64,000 bases of DNA. Origin: Eledone cirrhosa. Taxonomy: Eukaryota. This document shows positions 58,613 through 64,000 of this stretch, piece by piece. Made by a program: the position numbers and the translations under genes. Every line of letters begins with the position of its first letter. Position 1 is the first letter of the stretch. The notes beneath the pieces are model-generated. The model was not told where the DNA came from. It saw nothing but the letters and a program-made list of their open reading frames with translations, and ran no database searches. The stretch is from assembly GCA_964016885.1 (NCBI GenBank), contig OZ024749.1, positions 22,878,001-22,942,000 of the forward strand, written 5' to 3'.

Positions 58613-60180
58613 TTGGTCTTTGAATTTGTTTAGCACGATTCTTCATGTGAAAACGTGTGTTGAAACCGATATTGTTATACTTTGGGAGGGTCATGTTGCC
58701 AATAAGAAACACACGCATACCTGATTTCACTCCAATTTATTATAAATTTAAAAAAATTATAAATTTCCGGTTGGTTGGTTGGTTCCACAACCGGATGGTT
58801 GTTCATATATTGTCAAAGTTCTTTCGTCACACATTCTGTGACCTCATCAGTGACCGGGGATTCTTTTCTTTGTTTTGTGCCTCTCCTTTGTTCTGTCCTA
58901 CGCCATCTTGTTTTTGTACCTTGAATTTGTTTCTGTTTTTGTAATTCATCAATGCTTATTGCTTTAGCCCTTTCTATTCCTTTATTTATTAGTAATAGTG
59001 GGTACTCTCTTTCGAGTAGAATTTCAGGTATTGTTTGGAATCTGTTGGTTTGTAGTGTATGTCAGTTTCAATATTTGTGTCTTTTTTAAGATTAAGATGT
59101 CCAAACATGGGAGTTGATCTTGGCTGTATTCCATTGTGAATTGGATGTGGTTATTGATGCCGTTTATTAAGTTTTTGAAATCCTTCAATTGGTCGAATGT
59201 TTGGGACCAAAGAATGAGACAATCATCCAAGTAGCATTTCCAATTATTTGTGGAAGTTCAATCCGTATTTTGATTTGGACTGTTCATATATCTGGACTTC
59301 TAAGTATGCCATGACTAAGTTGGCATAAGTTGGAGCGGCTTTTGTACCCATCGCAGTCCCCGATATTTGCTTGTAAGTACTGCCATCGAAATCAAAAAAG
59401 TTGTTCTGTAAGATGAATTTTAATCCCTCGGTGATGAAGCTTTTTTCTATTCTGTCAGGTATCCCATTGGGATATTTCTCTAGCCAGAATCCTATTGCTT
59501 CTAGTCCGTATTGATGTGGGATCGTTGTGTAGAGATTCCCTACATCGAAAGACACAATAATAGTGTCGTTGTTGACATGTTTGGGAAGGTGGTTTAAGAG
59601 GTCCAGATCGTCTCTTACAAGGCTTGTATGTGTTTGAGAATTGGTTTTAGTAGTATGTCTATAAAGTTGCTCAGTCTGTGTGTTTCACATTGCGGGCCCG
59701 CTACAATTGGTCTTAATTTAAGGTCTGTGAGATATTGTGTGTTCACGCAGGCTGAGGTGGATTATTTACAGGCATCGTTAATTATTTTACACTTGTGGAT
59801 CTTCGGAAGTCCGTAATGGTTGCTGGTTTTGTATTCAAAATGTGTTAAATAATCGCGTTCCTTTTTAGTTAGGTCTTCCTTGATTCGATAAATCAGTGTG
59901 TTTAATCGGGTCATTATTTTTGGTTGCTGGTAGTTTTTTACTCTTTCATAGTAATTAGTATTTTGTAAGAGAGAGAACATAGAATGTTTATATTTTTCAG
60001 CCTTCATAATGACAACAGTACCTCCCTTGTCCGCTTCCTTAATTATAATGTCCGGATTGTTTTTTAGTTCATGAATAGTCTCCCATTCCCTTCGACTCGT
60101 GTTGGGTTTGGGTTTAGGTTGCGGTAGTTCATGGTATGGGAAGGTAGCTATGTGGTCAGAAAATTTGTCCAGAAAAGTTT
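58613..60180 (-). mobile_element. PLE remnant: decayed RT (~58920-60180) joined to a pLTR end
   Basis: IIIKEADKGGTVV, YGLPKIHK, RPIVAGP, SFDVGNLYT, GTAMGT..AP.YANL, YLDD; 58613-58915 homologous to 54813-55110. Confidence 0.9.
58812..58854 (-). ncRNA. Minimal hammerhead
   Basis: GUCA-CUGAUGA-G-GUCACA-gaaug-UGUGAC-GAAA-GAAC-UU-UGAC. Confidence 0.78.
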
Positions 60181-60431
60181 ACATATATATATACATATAT
60201 ATACATATACGTGTTTTGCAACTGGTCTCTTTGTGTCTCATTGGTGTCGAAATATTCGATAAATATTCCGCTACGGCCGACGCGAAGCGCTAGTTTCGGT
60301 TATTTGTCGGAGATTTCTTCATAGAAGCCTCATTCTTATAGCCTGGTCTATTCGATTTTTTATATAGTTAATTATGCTAATTGGGAGAGGAAATAGTATA
60401 TATTTTATCTTGTGATTCTATAGACATGTTT

Positions 60432-60471
<40 letters not shown>

Positions 60472-60521
60472 TATTTATGTTTATATGTCTATATCTATAT
60501 CTATATCTATCTATCTATCTA

Positions 60522-60590
<69 letters not shown>

Positions 60591-61001
60591 GGAGTGGAAC
60601 GCGAAGTTACTGTTGGTTCACCTATGTATATTCATTCTGTCATTTCAACAGAGATCCGACGAGCTTTTGATTCAGGAGCAGGGCCAGATCGATGCATATC
60701 GAACCCTGAGCTGATAAATAGCGGGACACGCGTCACCAACCAATAAATGCAATGAAAGCTTAACCATTATTATTATTATTATTATTGAATGCCATGGTTG
60801 ACGGAGGCTCGGCTCTGTAAGGTATAGTAATTTTTAACCGTTAAAACAATTGTAAATTGTTTAAAACTTGAACCAAATCGTTGATAAAGACACCCTCCTC
60901 CTCGTGAGAGGGGTCTTTCTGTCCGTTATTTGGCCCTTCGGGGTTAAATAACCAGTTATTGGGGTTTTGTACCCAAAATTTCATTTTAAACAAAAAACAA
61001 C

Positions 61002-63089
61002 ATGGCTACGAAAAAGAAATTTCATACGTCACTCCCACTCATTCCGTCTTCTTCTTCCTCAATCATCACTACAGCAGAGAGAAGATTGTCTCTCTCCCTC
61101 CCTTCTTTAAATGTGTCTCTCTCCCTCCCTTCTCTTTCGCAAGTGACGAAAGAAAAGAAAAGTCTCGTGCAAAGCGTGCAAGGTTTCTCCACGACGACGA
61201 CGACAGCGACGAAACAGGTGTGCGGGAAATACGAAAACCCAGTTCATTCGTCTGACGTCAGGAATAATAGCAGTAGCAGCCGTAATAACAACAGCAACAG
61301 TGACAATGAAAACAACAGTAGCAGCCGCAACAGCATCACCAGCAGCATAAACAACAACAGCATTAGCAGCAGCAACACCAACAACAACCACAGCAACAGC
61401 GGCGGAGGCAGTAGTCGTAGTACCTGCAGCAACAACAAAAGTACCAGCAGCTCTGACGACAACAACAACAGCAGAGAAAAACCAATCTCATTTGCAGATA
61501 TTGCGAAAAACTTGGAAACAATCCTCATAACAAATGAGGAATTAGAGGAAGCGAAGAAAATGGTGACAAAGAACGGACACCGAGCAATCTGCAAGGCAGC
61601 GGAAAAATTTTTCGAAACCCAAGAGCACTGTACGGTCACGTACCGTACAGTAAGTACAAAATCCCGTAGGGTGGAAAGAGCCACAGAGGCCCAAATACAA
61701 AAAGCCTTGGGGTTTGTGTGGCAGCGGAAAACGCACATCACCCGAGGCAAAAAATATGCCACCGTAGACGTACTTTTTGCCACACCCCAGGAGGCAAAGG
61801 CCCAATCAGTAGTGAGCCTAAGGAGCGAGGAAATGGTGTTGGTGCCCTCCTACTGCGGGCAAAAAATTGTGAGGGTCAAACTGACCCACGCCCCCCCCCC
61901 CCCCGGAATGACCCCTTCTTGGCTGGCCGCGTCTGTCCTCGTCGGAATCGAGGACAAAACAACTGTACTGCAAGTACAGAAAAAAGTAAGAGAAGATTGG
62001 GTCGGCTCCTCCATTGAGATGCTAATCCAAACCAACCAGGAGTGCATCGAAGCTATCCCGGATGTGATAGACTTCGATAACGGCACTCAACTGCACATAA
62101 GTGTTGAGGGCAAACGCCCGAAATGCTTTCGCTGTGGATCGAAGACTCACCTCAGGGCCTTCTGCAACGAGAAGACCCTGAGAAAGGAGAAAACCCCCCT
62201 CCTTCCGAATCCGGCTCCACGGCTACCAGCAACAGGACAAGCGGCAACCAGGAACGATAGGTCCGTGGCACCCATACCCACGCCACGGAAATCAAAAACA
62301 GCAGCAGCAGTGGAAATATTAACAACAACAACAGCAATACCAAATGCAGCTGCAACAGAGACTCCAGTGCAAACATCACCAACAACAACAACTGAAAGAG
62401 TGGAGCTGGTACCCCTCCCCGACCTCACAGATTCAGACATGGAGTGTGAGGTGGGAGAGGGATGGCAAAAGGTCGCAAGAAGGCACAAACGCAGAAGCAG
62501 CGCATCGTCGCCTTTGAAAAGGGAGGAAAGAAATGAGAAAAGGGTAAAGTCTACTGCAAAGAGACCCACAGCAGCAACACCACCAACACCATCACCACCC
62601 ACACCAGCACCACCATCACCACCGCCAACAACACCTTCAACACCACCACCACAAGCACCAACATCGCAAACACAACAACAAAACACACACACCCAGCAAC
62701 AACGACAAGAAAATAGCAGAACCACACCCCACCCCCAGAAAAACAAATGCACGGCAATAAATACACACAACAAGAAACTAATGACTTACATAATTGAACA
62801 CACAGACATTTCACAACAGGACTACATAATACCAGCACCAATCAAAACGCCAACTAACATAAGACTGCTAAAAATAGCACAGAAACAATACACAAATATT
62901 AAAACGAAATTCCCCAACGCAGTTGGTGATTTCAGGGACCTAGGAGGAACCATCAATCGAAGAGTATACTCAGACATTCTCTTAGAAGAGCCGACGACCA
63001 GCCGAAAGGACGATTCAACGGTCCCTTCACCAGACGATCAAGTGAAAAGGGATGTAAAAACCATCCCTCCTCTACCAAAAGTACGGTAA
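61002..63089 (+). CDS. LINE ORF1 (gag-like, single CCHC zinc knuckle, low-complexity N/S and P/T tracts)
   Basis: 695-aa ORF; CFRCGSKTHLRAFC; basic motif WQKVARRHKRR; sits upstream of the APE ORF. Confidence 0.88.
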   Translation: MATKKKFHTSLPLIPSSSSSIITTAERRLSLSLPSLNVSLSLPSLSQVTKEKKSLVQSVQGFSTTTTTATKQVCGKYENPVHSSDVRNNSSSSRNNNSNSDNENNSSSRNSITSSINNNSISSSNTNNNHSNSGGGSSRSTCSNNKSTSSSDDNNNSREKPISFADIAKNLETILITNEELEEAKKMVTKNGHRAICKAAEKFFETQEHCTVTYRTVSTKSRRVERATEAQIQKALGFVWQRKTHITRGKKYATVDVLFATPQEAKAQSVVSLRSEEMVLVPSYCGQKIVRVKLTHAPPPPGMTPSWLAASVLVGIEDKTTVLQVQKKVREDWVGSSIEMLIQTNQECIEAIPDVIDFDNGTQLHISVEGKRPKCFRCGSKTHLRAFCNEKTLRKEKTPLLPNPAPRLPATGQAATRNDRSVAPIPTPRKSKTAAAVEILTTTTAIPNAAATETPVQTSPTTTTERVELVPLPDLTDSDMECEVGEGWQKVARRHKRRSSASSPLKREERNEKRVKSTAKRPTAATPPTPSPPTPAPPSPPPTTPSTPPPQAPTSQTQQQNTHTQQQRQENSRTTPHPQKNKCTAINTHNKKLMTYIIEHTDISQQDYIIPAPIKTPTNIRLLKIAQKQYTNIKTKFPNAVGDFRDLGGTINRRVYSDILLEEPTTSRKDDSTVPSPDDQVKRDVKTIPPLPKVR

Positions 63090-63124
63090 GTGGTCTTTCC
63101 CATCTTTTCCACTCTATTTTAAAC

Positions 63125-64000
63125 ATGACCTCACTCAGAATAGGCAGCATAAATGCGCGTGGCTTGGGGTCGTCATGGAAGCAGGGTCACCTGCTCAACG
63201 ACCTCAGGTCACTAAACATAGATGTAGTGGCCATCAGCGAGACCAGAATCTCCGAAGCACGGGCCTTCGCACCGATCTTCGGCGGCTACGATGTGTACGC
63301 ATCTCCCAGCCGTCCTGGATCCGGTGGAGGAGTTGCTGTGCTTTTTCGGAGAGGTTTGGATCTCGCCATACGGGCCATCTTCCTGGACCCAGAGGGTAAG
63401 CTGGTGGTGCTGGACGTGACCAGCGGAGACGGGCAAGCTTTCAGGCTAGTGGCCGTCTATGCCCCGACAGGAGCAGGGCGGCCTGATTTCTTCCGGCGTC
63501 TGGAGACCTTTCTTGGAACGTCCCGCTCTTTAGTGTTAGTGGGCGACTGGAACGGGATCTTAGATGCACGCTGGGACTGTGTGGGATTAGCGGATAGGGG
63601 TGGAGGGTGCAAGAGCCTCACCAACCTGCTCAGGCGTTTTGAATTGTCTGACAGGTACCGATTGGATTTCCCGAATGTGCCAATGTGGACTTGGACAAAC
63701 CGCATAGGGTCATCCAGATCATATCTAGATAGAGTATTTTGTAGGGAAATAGATAGGTCTAGCATAGGCTGTCCACAATTCAAGATAGTCAGCTACACGG
63801 ACCACAAATTCGTGATCTGTGTGCTTGACTTAGATAGGCTTCATAGACGAGGACCCGGCTACTGGAAGCTAAACGCGTCCTTACCAGCGCGCAAGGACTA
63901 CAGAGACCGGATTAGCGAACTAGTTAAGCGGGCGTTGACGGGGGCCATCGTCAACAACAAGTGGTGGTTTGCTCTGAAAAGAGCGATTAGAATAGAATCG
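63125..64000 (+). CDS. LINE ORF2 N-terminus: apurinic-like endonuclease (partial; absent from the ORF track)
   Basis: MTSLRIGSINARGL..ISET..GGGVA..VYAP..LVGDWN..WTW..SYLDRVF..TDH..GPGYWKLN; no stop to 64000. Confidence 0.93.
   Translation, partial: MTSLRIGSINARGLGSSWKQGHLLNDLRSLNIDVVAISETRISEARAFAPIFGGYDVYASPSRPGSGGGVAVLFRRGLDLAIRAIFLDPEGKLVVLDVTSGDGQAFRLVAVYAPTGAGRPDFFRRLETFLGTSRSLVLVGDWNGILDARWDCVGLADRGGGCKSLTNLLRRFELSDRYRLDFPNVPMWTWTNRIGSSRSYLDRVFCREIDRSSIGCPQFKIVSYTDHKFVICVLDLDRLHRRGPGYWKLNASLPARKDYRDRISELVKRALTGAIVNNKWWFALKRAIRIES

Larger units (their letters stand above)
60787..64000 (+). mobile_element. Tx1/L1-clade LINE, apparently intact 5' part, following an (ATT)n tract
   Basis: Short 5' UTR, ORF1, 35-nt spacer, ORF2 open to the window edge. 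Confidence 0.9.

Noticed and set aside
60885-60920. HDV-like ribozyme in the LINE 5' UTR (CTCCTCGT loop)
   Set aside because: Folds as a simple hairpin; I could not find the P1/P2/P1.1 pseudoknot partners
62321-62343. 23-nt match between LINE ORF1 (TTTTAIP) and the 34-37 kb satellite unit
   Set aside because: Mostly (AAC)n low complexity; a chance match is likely

Overview
Eukaryotic, AT-rich, microsatellite-saturated DNA with no confidently identifiable host gene. The tRNA-derived SINE families resemble those of octopus/cephalopods (recognised from memory, not searched). Most ORF-track entries are artefacts of (TA)n/(CA)n/(GTT)n repeats. Recognisable content: (1) a near-intact Penelope-like element (PLE) of the Naiad type at 7641-14457, with RT + GIY-YIG, a 1.75-unit partial tandem and an inverted pseudo-LTR; (2) about a dozen further PLE remnants from several families, nearly all between (TA)n tracts and many fold-back; (3) about 15 complete or near-complete type I hammerhead ribozyme motifs read by eye, including U3-A8 core variants tied to Naiad-type elements and variants with ~50-110 nt stem II; (4) a decayed RTE LINE, R4/Dong-like 3' ends, an apparently intact Tx1/L1-like LINE running off the right edge, about 20 SINEs and a pogo-type MITE. 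Most notable pattern: in several PLE families, independent insertions reuse the same two fixed endpoints just downstream of the ribozyme, one at each (TA)n junction and in opposite orientation. This suggests double-primed integration, possibly from a ribozyme-processed circular RNA (inference). Coordinates were counted by hand and may be off by a few nt.
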